A program made the translations under genes and the position numbers. A stretch of DNA of 63,938 nucleotides, the filler included, from Sphacelaria rigidula (taxonomy: Eukaryota): the NCBI GenBank assembly GCA_964200075.2. It is 11 parts of 11 records of this genome, joined end to end, with 100 filler letters (N's around TTAATTAATTAA, not from the genome) between each part and the next. Parts side by side here need not be neighbours in the genome. Positions count along the whole stretch, not along the records: positions 46,576 to 52,296 come from CAXNAA020024970.1; positions 52,397 to 58,117 come from CAXNAA020024971.1; positions 58,218 to 63,938 come from CAXNAA020024972.1; 8 more parts are not named here. One strand, 5' to 3'. This document shows, one piece after another, positions 49,206 through 62,200 of the stretch. A model generated the notes under the pieces. That model was not told where the DNA came from. It saw nothing but the letters and a program-made list of their open reading frames with translations, and ran no database searches. Within the stretch, counting starts at the first letter, position 1. Each line of letters starts with the position of its first letter.

Positions 49206-50643
49206 ACGGCTGTGGTGACGTCAATACGCATAAATATCCCGCGCCATGTGAATCGAGCAATGCGACGAAAGTTGGAAAATCTTGCGAATACGGAGACTGA
49301 AGCGCCTACTTGACTTACCTTGAGCTATACAGCCCGTATTCAACCCTGACTGTGCAGAGCTGTGTGTGGCTTTCACATGTGAAGGGAAGGCTGGCCGACA
49401 GAGTGTATACTCCAAACAAGAACACCAGTGATGCGATGCTAGCCCCAAGCACAAGCTGCAGTAAAACTGTACACCACAAGTAGAGTGGGAGGCATGGGGA
49501 GCTGGCTTGGATTCGCCAGTGATGAGTCATGTGCGGCGAAACCGCCGTTGTTCCATCACGCTACTTTCAGAAATCATTTCGACCGCATGTTCTCTACTCG
49601 AACAACGTGCACACAGTCGACGATGCCTTCGTCCGCACTTTTACCAACTGAGACGGTTCAACTTGCGCTAAATAGCTAGACACAAAGCTATTAATGTCAT
49701 AAAGTGCTCTTGTAATAAACCTCGCCGTGAGTTTTGTAATCAGCGGTGAAGAGAAAGCACGACCGGCAAAGCGTGACACTATCTACTGATAACTTTTGCC
49801 TCAAACCACGGCTCGCAGCTATTATGGTGCTACTTGCTTGTGCAATGGCATATTGCCTAGCTTCGTACATCAAGAAGAATCTGCGATCGAATCTCCGAGA
49901 GCACAATGAAAAATGACTTTCGGGTTTGTGCAAGTACATATATCTTGCGTTGGCGCTTCCGAAGAGACATCTATGGGCCATATGTGCACTGCAGTGGAAA
50001 GATGGAGTTGGATTTCTTTCAAGGCGTGCCTTTCGAGATTCTCCTCACATGGGATATGTAAATTGATGATCACGTGCTTAATTGACATCGTTGACTCCGC
50101 CACGTCTTGTTTTTCAGGGAATGGTGCCCAAGGTGACCTTATTGCTGGCGCAACACAGACGTGATGTTTAAATTCATCGTGTCCTTTCCTTAGTGCACGG
50201 TCCTTATGTGGTGAGGATGATGAACGCGTTTCCGAAATGTACTCACTTGTCTTGGGCCAGACGTTGTCATCTCACACCGCTTCGATTTTTTTTGTGAGTT
50301 CTATACGGCATTCATCCGGGTTGTGGATTTTTATTTGTCTCTGCAAATGGGAGGCCTTTAGAGCATCAACAGTGAATAGAATAGTGGGTCACCTTCGACC
50401 TAGCTGTCGCTCCGCTCGAAACAGATCGATTTTTTTTTGTTCCGTTACACTGGTAATCTGCTAATTCCCTCTTCAAGGGATCACCTCATGTCTCCCCCTG
50501 TACACGCCTTACATTTCGGTATTGCGGACTGGATCATAACCAGCACTCCCGCACCGCATCGACTATCGTCAAACAAACTTAGCTAAACACACTTCTTTGC
50601 TGCTCACGTCCACACGCTTTTGAGGACAAAGATGAGTGTATTC

Positions 50644-50864
50644 CACACCTTGGACAATATATGGTCAATAGTTGCAATAGGCAAGAAAGATACTGCATAA
50701 AGTATAGGCCTATTGCGACAAGTTGCAATAGGCAAGAAAAATACTGCATACAGTATAAGCCCATTGCGACTATTCTCGGCCGGCAATAGCTGCAATAGGC
50801 CCATACTTTATGCAGTACACTTCTCGTCTATTGCTTCTAGTGACCATATATTGTCCAGGGTGTG
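50644..50864. mobile_element. 221-bp MITE with CAC...GTG termini
   Basis: 24-bp TIRs CACACCTTGGACAATATATGGTCA / TGACCATATATTGTCCAGGGTGTG (1 mismatch). An internal ~49-bp unit occurs twice direct and once inverted. Confidence 0.9.
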
Positions 50865-52987
50865 ATCTATTCTGAGAAATATGCTGTGGATGGGTGCGTG
50901 ATCATATTCCAATCATGCTTGCACGGCAAAACATTGGATTAAGCGGAGCCCGTCGTGTTTGATTTGATGACGACCATGTGTTTGCTGACCATGGTGTCGA
51001 CGTTTGATGCTGATGTTGCAACAGGAAGGGAACCAAGCACGGCGGGAGTCTCTTTGGCGCAGAGGACGGGATTATCGAAGTCCAGAAAGGTTCGTACCAT
51101 TGTGCCTCATAAGCTGCTCTCAGGGGCCTCATGCTCGTTGCAGATCCCAACAGTATTTACTCCCGCGTTCACGTCATTTTGAGGGGCCGAGCGTGGACAT
51201 GAACACCCACTCGCCTAGTCGACTATTCTCACAGACTGGGCCTAGTCGAGTGAAATTACACTGAAATGGATAAGAAACCGGAATACACCCTGGGAGGAGA
51301 ACTCTGCGCTCTGGCGTCTGACGATATATTTTCATGTCGTGGAAAGGCCTTGACACGGGATAACCGTGTGTAGTTTCTCGTGCTGTATTCCCATGTTCCA
51401 GGGAAAAATGTCCACTACTTCGGGGGAGATTCTACGGTTACACTCGCCGCGGAAGAGGAGGAAGACGCGGGAGAACAAGGTGATGAATTTTTGTGCTGCC
51501 CAACTAACGGTTTTCGAACCAGTTGTACCGTACTGTCGGTCTACTTGTACAATACAAGGTTACAAGGATGTGTTTTTCTCCCTTCGCTGCTTGGATTCTT
51601 TGTACGGGCGGTAGTGCGCATGCTGCTGCATCGCCTTGTTTTTGTTGTTGTTGTTGTGTCTTACTGTAGCTTGGAGTTGCCGTCACCGTGGGGTGACGGT
51701 CAGGCCTTGCGTCAGGATGGCTTAGCATGGCGCTTCCGTCTAGTAATATTGCGCTCTTGATAGATAGTATTATGTGCATCATATCTTGACGCCCCGCCTT
51801 GTTCTGATGTTCCTTGGTATCACCGAAAGTTGGGGTGCTTGAGTCAGTGTTGGAGGTTAGGGCGAAGCCACGTTCGCATCTTTGAACACGTTGCGCTATA
51901 CATGCTGTCGTGACGCCTCGTTCTACGTGGATCTTTTCCATGTGTTACTGTGCTCTGTAGGCTCGTGGAGTGTTCTGACTAAAGAAGATTCGCGCTCTTG
52001 GTTATTGTTGGCTTTGTAATGAGGGAGGGCGCCTCGTCCAATCTTACAGGCAAGAATCGTAGGGATTATTTTTGCCAAGTAGTTTCTATACTGTCTGTTG
52101 ACCGTTTTCAATACTTGCCCAACTCTTCGTTCATATCACGAGTCTTCTCCCTGCCTTAATGTGTAATCACATTAGTCGCTATTGTCCAACCTTTGTGCCC
52201 CACTCCATCCAATGAGCCTCAGTACCCCCCGACAACCCCCCCCCCCCCCCCCCCCCGTACCCCGCCGCTCCCCATCCCCCACGGAACCGCTCCTGCNNNN
52301 NNNNNNNNNNNNNNNNNNNNNNNNNNNNNNNNNNNNNNNNTTAATTAATTAANNNNNNNNNNNNNNNNNNNNNNNNNNNNNNNNNNNNNNNNNNNNCACG
52401 AGTCGACTCATCATACTAAAATCAAGTATTTTTCAGACGAATCATTATTTGTCCGACCCTTGGAAAGTTGCCCATTTGGTCTCCTTGCAGAAACATTAGA
52501 AAAAAAACACACACACATCGTCTACACTGTTGAAGATGAGACTAGAATATATTGATTGATTGGTTCACTGATTCTCGTACGTCAAGTGAACCGCCAAGAA
52601 TCTAACGGTGGTCAAACTATCATGGCACCCAAGGGAGATAGATGAAAAAGGAACCCTCCGCTCGAGGACACTCGAGCAAAAAGGAAGGTGACGGGAGAGA
52701 AAAAGTAGAGAGCGAACAGAGCATACCGAACACAAGAGGCGAAGTAGGAGAAGGAAGAACGGAACAGATCAGCCAAGAAAAAACGAGGCTCAGATCTAGT
52801 CCCGATTTCGAAAGAAGGCTACGGGCAGGCCCCGTTCGACACGACTTCAGGTAAGGAGATCTTACACAGCAAAGTGAGACAACCCTAAACCACGAGCCAA
52901 TGCCACCCTGACATGGAACGCGAAAAAACAGTGCTGACTTCACGCTAACACGTTCACTCTTGAATCGGTTTCGACCAATGCGCTCAG

Positions 52988-53074
52988 GTATGCGATGGAA
53001 TGGGCCGGCTATCCGACGGCAAGTGTCCGCATTGCGGAGGGAGAAAAGTGCGGACGGAAACCGAAACGATAGAG
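52988..53074 (+). CDS. Type I DnaJ/Hsp40 exon: end of the zinc-finger region
   Basis: cag|VCDGMGRLSDGKCPHCGGRKVRTETETIE|gtgagt, with CxxCxGxG-type repeats, 87 nt. Confidence 0.85.
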
Positions 53075-53492
53075 GTGAGTGTGTGTGTCGTTTTTGTACT
53101 GCGAATAGTATAGAGACATGCCATCGTGAGAGCAAAGAAAGGCAAAGTTTGCACGGATTTGAATATACCCGCCTCACTTGGCTTTTGATCAACCCTGGTT
53201 AATTGTTTGAACCTAGTCGTCTCTCGGTTTTGATCGACTCGACAGCAGCTGAAGGTACAGTTTATCCTACTTGCACCATCATGGGGTCCTTTGATCTGTT
53301 CGACAGTAGGTACAGATAGATTCACCACGCAGCGGCAGCATCGGATCATTCCTGTAGGTCATTATCCACGACAAAACGTACTGAACGTTCTTCTGTTTCG
53401 GGTCATTGTGACTTACTTTGATCTGCCTACACATTTCAGGGGCCTCCGCTTCAAAAGCTCCTATACCTGCGCTTTGATCTATCCGGCGACAG

Positions 53493-53628
53493 GTCACAAT
53501 CCCTCCAGGAGCGCCATCAGGCCACACCGTCATTTTCCACGGCAAGGCCCACCAGCATCCACAGAAGCTCGACGGTGCCGTCCGAGTGGTGGCGATGTTG
53601 CTCCCACACCGTAGATTCAAGCGTCAAG
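53493..53628 (+). CDS. DnaJ exon: C-terminal substrate-binding domain
   Basis: cag|VTIPPGAPSGHTVIFHGKAHQHPQKLDGAVRVVAMLLPHRRFKRQ-G|gtacgt, 136 nt, phase 0/1. Confidence 0.88.
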
Positions 53629-53895
53629 GTACGTAGTCTCTCTATTTATTGTATTTATAGTTCCATCCTCACCCCCTTCCCCTCTGTTCGGGACGACTCC
53701 GTAATGAATCGACCAGCCTTCCCCTCGGAACATGGTTCGTGCCTTGCGCTTCATTATCTGAATCAATGCTACGATAGGGGTTGCACCTTTTGTTTCTGGG
53801 TCACTTTTTCCGTAGGAGCCCAAATATATGGGGCTTACTGTGCAGTCCACATCTCCGGGAGCCGGACATGGAGATGCACGCAGGAAACTTTTCGT

Positions 53896-53943
53896 GAATC
53901 GGCATCATTTTAAGTCTTTCTCAAGTAAAAATGATGCCGATTC
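53896..53943. repeat. Perfect 16-bp hairpin of the GAATCGGCATCA dispersed motif
   Basis: GAATCGGCATCATTTT-N16-AAAATGATGCCGATTC. Confidence 0.85.
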
Positions 53944-54344
53944 TCAAAATGACCCGTCCAACAAGCCGCCAAACAATTTTGCTGAAAAAGTGCAACCTCT
54001 GTTGTAGCATTACTTTCTATAGGCAATGGTTGGATAATTGGCACTGCCGTAGCCCGTCGAGTGATATCATGAACATATTTTGAAGTGTATCATTGTACGC
54101 GGGCTGCTGAGCACGCGAATAACAGCCCCCATCCCTTTCTCGGTCGTGAGAGATTCGATGTAGCATGTGGGATTTGGAATTCCTCTTCCAGACCGCAACA
54201 GAAGCATATGATAGGATGCCCAGCACAACGCGAATGATTTTCCGGATCGAGCCCACAACACACAAGTGTAATGGTTACTGAACTAAACAAGACGTCGTTC
54301 ATCGGAGTAGGGGGGATGGGGTAAGGTTTGTGTGCGTGTCTTAC

Positions 54345-56030
54345 TCCAGTACGTGTGTGTCATGGTAACACTCTGGACAATGGACACACCAATAGCAACC
54401 AATGAGGCAGTTCCGTCTATCTACTTCCTCCTCCTTTCGACTACTGGTATATCTCTTTCTTCTCCCTGGCAGGTCCAGGTCCCCCACCCGAAATCGTAGT
54501 TTCATATTTTTCGCCGCGTGCATGGCACCATGCAGATATGTTTTCATTCCGATCCCCTCTCTCAACCCCCCGTATATCTTCAGGTGTTCTTCCTCGTTTA
54601 CCTTGCGCCTGAACGCTCCCTTTCCCCTTACTTCTATCATGTCTCTGACTTTTGTCTCGTACCCCGCACCTTCACCTGAGGACAGGATTTCGTCTTGGTT
54701 TCCTCCTATCTGCTTCCATACTTCCTCGACTTCTCTACACCACCTTATAGCATGTCTTTTCGTACTTTTCTTCCAAACAGCCTTATCAACTATAGCTGGC
54801 AATCTCTTTCTCGGCACGTTCTTTACGATATATTGCCATCTCAATTTCCTCAAGTCTCAATTTGTTCCAAGTGGGTACATTCCCAACTCTGCTTTCAGTG
54901 CTGTATTACTCATCGTTTTCGAGCATCCCAGCATTTTCTTGGCTGCTGCCATCTGTACTGTTTCCAACTTCTTCACCAACTTCACGTTCCCCTCCCATAC
55001 GTATCCTGCATGGTCCAGCTTTGGTAAGATCACGTTCATCAGGATACATGTCTTGATCCTAGTATGTAGGTGCGGGTCTCTGAGGATGACGTCCATCCTC
55101 TCTATCTGTGCCTTACCCTTTTCTATCACTTTGTTTATGTGTGCATCCCAAGAACAGTGTTTTGAGATCTCTACGCCAAGGTATGTACACTGGTCTACGA
55201 TCGAAAATTCCTCTTCTCCCCACTTCCACTTGAACTCTACCGGATTTTCCTACATTCGTTACAGACGAGTACCGCCCATTTGTTGACGTTTGCTGTCACT
55301 CTCCATTTCCTAGTGTATTCTGGCGCCTTGTCTATCTGTTTCTGGAATCCTTCTGCTGTTCCTGAAATCTCGACAAAATCATCTGCGAACATCAAACCTG
55401 ATATCACATCTTCATCCACCTTGATTCCTTGATTTGCTGCTTCTATTACTAGTATCAAGTCATCAATGAATTCCTTGCACAAAGTGGGTGATAACGTACA
55501 GCCTTGTGCAACTCCTCCTAAAATATCAAGATACTTCGATATTTCCCCGTCTAGCATCATCGCACTTTTGGCGCATTCTGTCATCTTCTTTACCGTTCTC
55601 CACATCTTTCCTCTGAACCCAGCTTCTCACAACTTTGTCCAAAGCTCATTTTTCCAGATTGTGTCATACGCCTTTTGCACGCCCAGAAAGAAACAGTATG
55701 TCGTCAACCTGGCGTCTTTCCTACCTTGAATAATCTTACCTGGTGTGTACAAATGATGTACGCAAGTACGGTTTGGTCTGAAACCTGCTTGTCCCTCGCT
55801 GACTTCTACATCCTTTTCTAGCATCGTTCCTTCTCTATCGTCCGGAATCTTACAGAATGTTTGCCCTACCGTGCTCAGTAGCGTTATCCCTCTATAGTTT
55901 CCTGGTTCAGTACTGTCTCCTTTTTTGAAAATATTGACTACTATTCCTTCACTCCACCTGTTGAGTGTGTACTCGTTTTTCCAGATCCAGTTATACAGCA
56001 TGACTATCATGATAATCATTCCTTCCCCGC
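54345..56030 (-). mobile_element. Decayed non-LTR retrotransposon RT region (second family), antisense within the DnaJ intron
   Basis: PGNYRGITLLS, QAGFRPNR, FLGVQKAYDTIW, GVAQGCTLSPTL, GLMFADDFV (FADD at 55378-55389), TYLGV and KLRFRVGDLDL, with several frameshifts and stops. Confidence 0.92.
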
Positions 56031-56641
56031 CAGGTACCTTTCCTTTTTCCCTTCAAAGTATCTGATCTCCGCCGTTTACAGCGGTGCAGACGTGAGTATC
56101 AAAAACACTTTTTTTTATTACTGATTTTGATCGGCGAGAGTCGACGTGGTGCGGAAGTGCTGGTCATGATCCAATCTGCGAGACCAAAGTGCAGGGCATG
56201 TACTGGGGGATAGATTGGTTGATTTCTTGAAACCACGGACTCGTCCCGACGAAGGGGGGGGGGGGGCTTCAAAGTGTGACGGAAAAAGAGCAAAACGAAA
56301 CAGACAACCGGGCGCGGCGGCGTACAACCTTCACCTATTGTTGTTCATCCCATTTGACAGGAAGTCTGACCGATCACCTGTGGTAGTTGTGGATGCTTTC
56401 ATGCGTCCCAAGTCGGCGTCTCCTACGAATGGCAAGTGAACGAAAAATATAATTTGTGCAGTACCTAAGGCAAACAAAAAAACGCTCGCTTTTCTCATGT
56501 TGGTTGATGTAAAGAAGACATCCATCTTCCTATTTGCCCTGCCCAGGGGGCACTGCTGTATCGATCCAATGCCTGTGCATCATGTCTTACTCCAACATCC
56601 GTGCGTCTATGTCTCTTTGTATCGACCGGTGTCGTTCACAG

Positions 56642-56751
56642 GTGCTAATCTGGTGTACCACGCCAAAATACCGTTAGTGGAGGCTCTGGTCGGCTTCAAA
56701 CGCAAACTAACGCTGCTTAACGGCACCCGTGCATCGATCGTGCACGACCAG
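56642..56751 (+). CDS. DnaJ exon: C-terminal domain continued
   Basis: cag|(G)ANLVYHAKIPLVEALVGFKRKLTLLNGTRASIVHDQ|gtgagc. Phase 1 matches the previous exon and the sequence fits the GxDL...ISLxEALxGF...LDG consensus. Confidence 0.88.
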
Positions 56752-57095
56752 GTGAGCTTCCTTATCATGACTATTCGGACGTATTCGCGTGCCTGTTCTA
56801 GCTCATACGCCGCTTTACGTTTTGGATGCCGAGCGCAAAATAAGGAAAAAATACGTCTCGTACAATACTGTACGCGTTGACATTTTCGAGCAGTTTGATA
56901 CCAAATGTCGTTCCTAATAATGATCGACGTCAAACTTCATCTTGAATATTTACTATATCGATGATAGTGTCGTACTTCACAAACGAAGAAAAAGCGCGTA
57001 TTTGAAGAAGGGAGACAGAAGAAGTTCCCCCCGAAATGTTGCGAGTAACGGAAGCGAGTGTACCCTAGTTCGGCGAACATTCAGATGGTTGATTC

Positions 57096-57297
57096 CAAGG
57101 GCATGTTGGGTAGGGGATACGCGATATTTTGATATTATGAAGAGTCACACATCACCTGCATAGGTCAGTCGCAATGACTTGTATAGGCTTTACAGAGGGG
57201 AACAACAGCACTGGGCTAGCTGCTGCTGTGGGTATGAGTCGGATCTCCACTTTTCAAAATAAACAACATCGGGTATACCCTACCCGACACGCCCTTG
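57096..57297. mobile_element. hAT-like MITE (202 bp), same TIR family as 11920-12081
   Basis: CAAGGGCATGTTGGGTAGGG / CCCTACCCGACACGCCCTTG, with TSD GTTGATTC / GTTTATTC (7/8). Confidence 0.82.
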
Positions 57298-59282
57298 GTT
57301 TATTCATAATATCGGGTATACCCTAACCCAACCTTCAATCCAACATGGACCGAGAGGTTTCGGCAAGGAAGGTGCCCAGAGTGCCCCAAGTAAAGCGTGC
57401 TGTGTTTGGCACCGGGTTTGGGCCAAAACGTATGTGCTACACACAGTACGCTCACGCTCTGTGCCCTGTAAAGATCTGGATATATAATGGTCTACTCCAA
57501 GACCAAGTATGTACATACTCAACCATAGCTTATTGTTCGCCAAACTGGAGAAGACTCTACTTCTGTGACGTGTTTTAGCTACGTACGTCCTGAGGGAGTA
57601 AGAACGAGGGTGGTCGAGGTGATCGATGGTGGTCCAGAGCTCACGTATTGTGCGCATAGTGGTGGCCGCGCGACACAGCGTGGAGCATGGCCACAATGAT
57701 GAAACAGCAGTACGGAGGATTGGTCGAGGCACTGCACACGGCTTGAAGGTACTAACTGAGACGATCAGTTGTAAATTTCTTCATCTTTTACTCTGAGTGG
57801 CGAGACTATGACCCGCGGTCACTTCAACAAAATAAGCACCGAGTGCGACGACGGGCATGCGCCGAATCTATTGTGGTCCCCATCGAGGCGTGCGGGACAC
57901 CGGCAACGGTGTTGGAGGGCGGTATTGGAGAGCTCCGGGTGCATTTGAACGTCGAACACAGTGAATAGGTGGACGGAACTCACTGCAACAAAACATAGGA
58001 GAAATGGTGCTCGCAAGGTATCTGGATAATCCGCCTTGTTTTGTGCATCAGACGGATACCGAAAGGTTTCTAATTGGGCAATATACAAAAAAGGGTAGAC
58101 CCTCATGTTTTTGGAGCNNNNNNNNNNNNNNNNNNNNNNNNNNNNNNNNNNNNNNNNNNNNTTAATTAATTAANNNNNNNNNNNNNNNNNNNNNNNNNNN
58201 NNNNNNNNNNNNNNNNNCCCCCCCGCAAGATATTTGATAATGGATCGCCACTCTGGGATTAATGAAACTTCTGTGAATCCTCGGTAGTACACCTCTTAGC
58301 ATCATGACATCCAAGGGATGACGTAAGGAGCCGACGCTAGGCCTTTTTTGGTGGGCATTACTGCACTCACTTTTTGCAAGTAGTGTATACATATCCGCGC
58401 GGTTCGTTGGTCTAACCAACCGGTACCTAAATATACCGTTACCGTTTGGTATGCGGGATTCGATTCCCGGAATATATGAGTTCACTAGTACACAACATCA
58501 CAGAGTCATTGTACGGTAGGAATGCACATATATTTTCTGGGCGAGCAATGCTATATGGTAGGGGTGCACTTTTTACTCAAAATCTCGTCTGATTCAGGGG
58601 CTCCTAACGATTCTAGATGCACAAGAATATGGATCAGGGCATCCCCGTTTGCAAGATCATTCGGGATGTCCCCACTGTAGCGCATTGGAATAGGAATCCT
58701 GGCGTACTCTCACACATTTCATCAGTCGCGTTTGAGATGAGATAAAGGGCTCCTAGCAAATCTAACCTCAGCAGATATTATTCGTGCACCCGTACCGTAG
58801 CATCCCTCCGGCCGGCGAGCTGTAGTTAGATGTAGACTCTCGCGCACTCGCACTCGCGTAGTCAAGACTATGCTGCATCTGAACGTTATCGAAGTGATCC
58901 TTTCACCTAGGTGAACGTCACAAAATGCGAAAAATATATACTCGTAGATCTATATATTGTTTGCACAACGTGAAATACCTGAGACAAGCTTTGGCCAAAA
59001 AAGTGCGCACCCCTTCACCACCACGACTCCACACTATGTTTTCCTCTTGGGATATATGTCCGATGTCCACCGTCCGAGGATATTGATACCGCGAGTGGGC
59101 TTGCGAAACTCTGGTGACATTCTACCGTGGAGCATGTGACAAATGCGAAAGTGTTGCCGAAGAGGATGGGACCGGCTGAATTTGCTGATTATCAGAGGAG
59201 TTTGGGGGAACCCAACTCCCCTGAGGAGGTTTCAACGGCGCCCTCTTTTTAACAAGAGGTGCACCGCCAGCCGGCTGTGCAA

Positions 59283-62200
59283 ATGAATCCGGTACGGTCC
59301 AGTCAACGGCCACCCACGGCGGATGCGACGGAGATACCCAGCATATCGTTCACCGAGTACAAACTTTTGAAACAGACTTGCCCCGCCACATGGCCTCTAT
59401 CAGACTGGTTGGAATACAACGCCATTATCACCAAAACAAAAAGAAACTGTACAGCACATCAGTCTGCATCCCAGGAGCAGCTGAAAAAGGGAGATGCTCG
59501 TAAGGGTTTTGAGGTTGGAGCCGCAGCTTCTCAAAGGTGGGAGCAGCCGCAGGATCACAGAGGTTTGGAGGGGTCTGGGTCGGAAGGAGGTGGAAGCTCA
59601 GGGAGTTGGTAGGAACACCACCCCAGAGGCAATCGAGGACGAGGGAGGGGTCACCCCTCCTATGATTTCAACAGAAGGTACGAGGCAGAAAAGCTGTCCA
59701 AGCAAAATAGCAAAGTAGAAAATTCGCAGACAGATGTGGTACAACCGGTAGCACCGGTACAGGTCGGAACAAGTGAAACAAACAACCCCGTGTCTGAAAT
59801 GTTGGCGCCCGCATCAAAAAAGTCCTCGATGGATATTGCGAGAGAATGTGCAAAAATGGATACGTCTATTTTGATTGAGTTGCCAAAATTACCGCTCAGT
59901 CCTAATCATGACGTGGCGGATCTAGTAGCTTTTTTGGTGCCGCTCTGAGAGACTCCCTTAATGATATGCGTGTAATCGTGGGGGATACCGACCCTGATGA
60001 TTGGCACCCGGGTTGGGTAAAATGTTTGCAAAAACATCTACTAAAGTCTATTCGAGGCAATAAATCCTCCCCCCAAGGGATTCAAGCAGTATCCATACTA
60101 CGTACGCGAATTGCTGATGTTACAAATGAAGCGATCAGAATGCAAGATAGGGGATCAAAGGGTCCGGAAGCCTTTGAACATGTACTCCGAATGCTAAGCA
60201 GGGCGTTGAGCAAAGTGACCCCAGCTGGTGTCATGGGTTTGTTGGTAAATTTTACGGTGGAACCGAGAACCACGTTCGCAACATATTTATCTGAGCTGAG
60301 ACTTTTAGTGGCGAACGTGCAATGTGTTGGTCGAGAATTGGCCCCGGGTAATGGTTCCATTCAATCTGCGATTAAAAACGGCATTGATGATCAATTCCCC
60401 AACATCAGTGCACAGGCTTTTGCGGGCAGGCACCATCAACCTCTCCCTTTCAATGATGTTGAGCAAATGATGAACGCTCTCCGAGATTTTGACACAAACA
60501 CCTCGGTGGCAGTAGCGGCTAAACGTTTTGGTACGGGTAGTGTCGGTGGTGTAACAACCAGGTCCAGACACTTTGCGAAAGCGTTGCACAGCAAATATTT
60601 TGGGGGAATAATGGGTATTGAGGGGGTATACCAAGAAGAAGACACAGAGATGCAACATGTTAATTCCATTGGCCAGAAACAAAATCATCGGTTTGGAAAA
60701 AAAGGAAGGGATCCGCCATTTCACGAACCCTTCAACTCCCGTGAAGCGACAGATGCTGCGCGCAAAGCATTCGGTCCGTTCTGTTTGAATTGTGGCAGCT
60801 CGGAACATATCTTGGCTCGAGATTGTCCGAACGAATTCATAAATGAATCAGGTATAATTCATCATGAAATTGGAGAAGGGTCCCCACAAGAAATTTCTGA
60901 CAAATGGCGAAGATAGCAACACAGGTTGTGTGCATACCATCGAAATAGAAGCACAACGTAAAGGTGCGACGATAAAACTTGGGCCAATTTATCGGTAGCA
61001 CTTCCGCCCGTATTAAGTATCGGAGGACCTGACCCTCCAGCAAAAACTGCAGATACTAATGTCGACACTGTGCTTAGTCCGCACAGTCCAACTAGTTCGG
61101 CCTGGCACGGGAAGAATACCATTCGGGGGAACAAGGGAAATACGTTCCCAAGGGGTAGGGATCGCGGTTCCGAAGAAACATTGACATCCGACGCGGGGAC
61201 TGCGCATCCTCCTTCGGGAAATTCGAGAGTTGGATAGAAACCAAGATCCTGTACAGATCAAAATGTCAGCCAATCTGCAGATACGTCAATGCAGGCAGGC
61301 GCAAGTGGGGTCTTAGCGTTGAAATATTTCGCGACATCAAGGTCTGGCCGTCGGAATAGTGCATTGATTGGGTGCGGGTCGCTCCCCTAGCTGCGCACCT
61401 ATTCTAAGCGATGTTTTATGTGAAAGTAAAACATCGAGTGCATGTGCAGGCAACCGAGATGCATCATTTGAACCGTTGATTGTAGCTAGGGTTTCGGATG
61501 GACCCGCTGTGATTGATCAGTCATAGAATATGGAACACCCAGTAGATGAAGTAAGCATCCAGGGTGAGATAGGAGTACCACATGGTCGAGTTAGCTTTGA
61601 AGGCAGCCCTCGACACCCATCTGGACAGTGGAAAACATGCAAGGCTCAAGCCGCTGAAGGTTCCACCGTGCAAGGCAAAATATCCTGCATTGGTAAGGGC
61701 CATGATAATTGTATTCACCTGGTTGATCGAAATGATACTACTCACGCTAAGACTACATCTTCGACTGTACATGGCACGACCGCCCATGATAGTCGAGATA
61801 ATAGTGATACTCCGGTAGAGGAAAATGAAAATTGTTCCGCCGAGATTTCCACCGTGCATGAAGAAACAAAACGCACCAGTGCGGCAATCAGTAGCGTTGT
61901 GGTGGAGAGAAGGGATATTTCTCCGACTAGAGATTCCGATGTACACAGCTTAACAGCTCGCAACAGTCGGGGCAACCGTAATATAGGTCAGGGAGGATCA
62001 AGCATGGCTGGTCCTGCGCTAGATCTAGCAACAGTACACGAAAGTGGATCAGCTGACAATAGTAACGATGTGCAGGATTACATGACTATCGGTTTCCCCG
62101 ATAGAACTGTTGAGGCATCCCGAAATACTTCACGTCAAAACAATCGTGATGATTCGTCGTGTCACGCAGTGCATAGAGTAGGAAAAGGTAAGGAACCAAG

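Noticed and set aside
52620..52850. Upstream exon of the DnaJ gene
   Set aside because: It has a good donor, but its obvious frame ends in phase 2 and would put the zinc-finger exon out of frame; no preceding Cys motif.
54402..55286. 294-aa plus-strand ORF as a gene
   Set aside because: Antisense shadow of the LINE ORF.
5723..58217. Regularly spaced TTAATTAATTAA palindromes as a biological repeat or recombination-site array
   Set aside because: Always embedded in exactly 44+44 N; an assembly linker.
58600..59140. 5' LTR and primer-binding site (TGGTGAC at about 59112) of the gypsy element
   Set aside because: No second LTR is available for comparison and tRNA complementarity cannot be verified.
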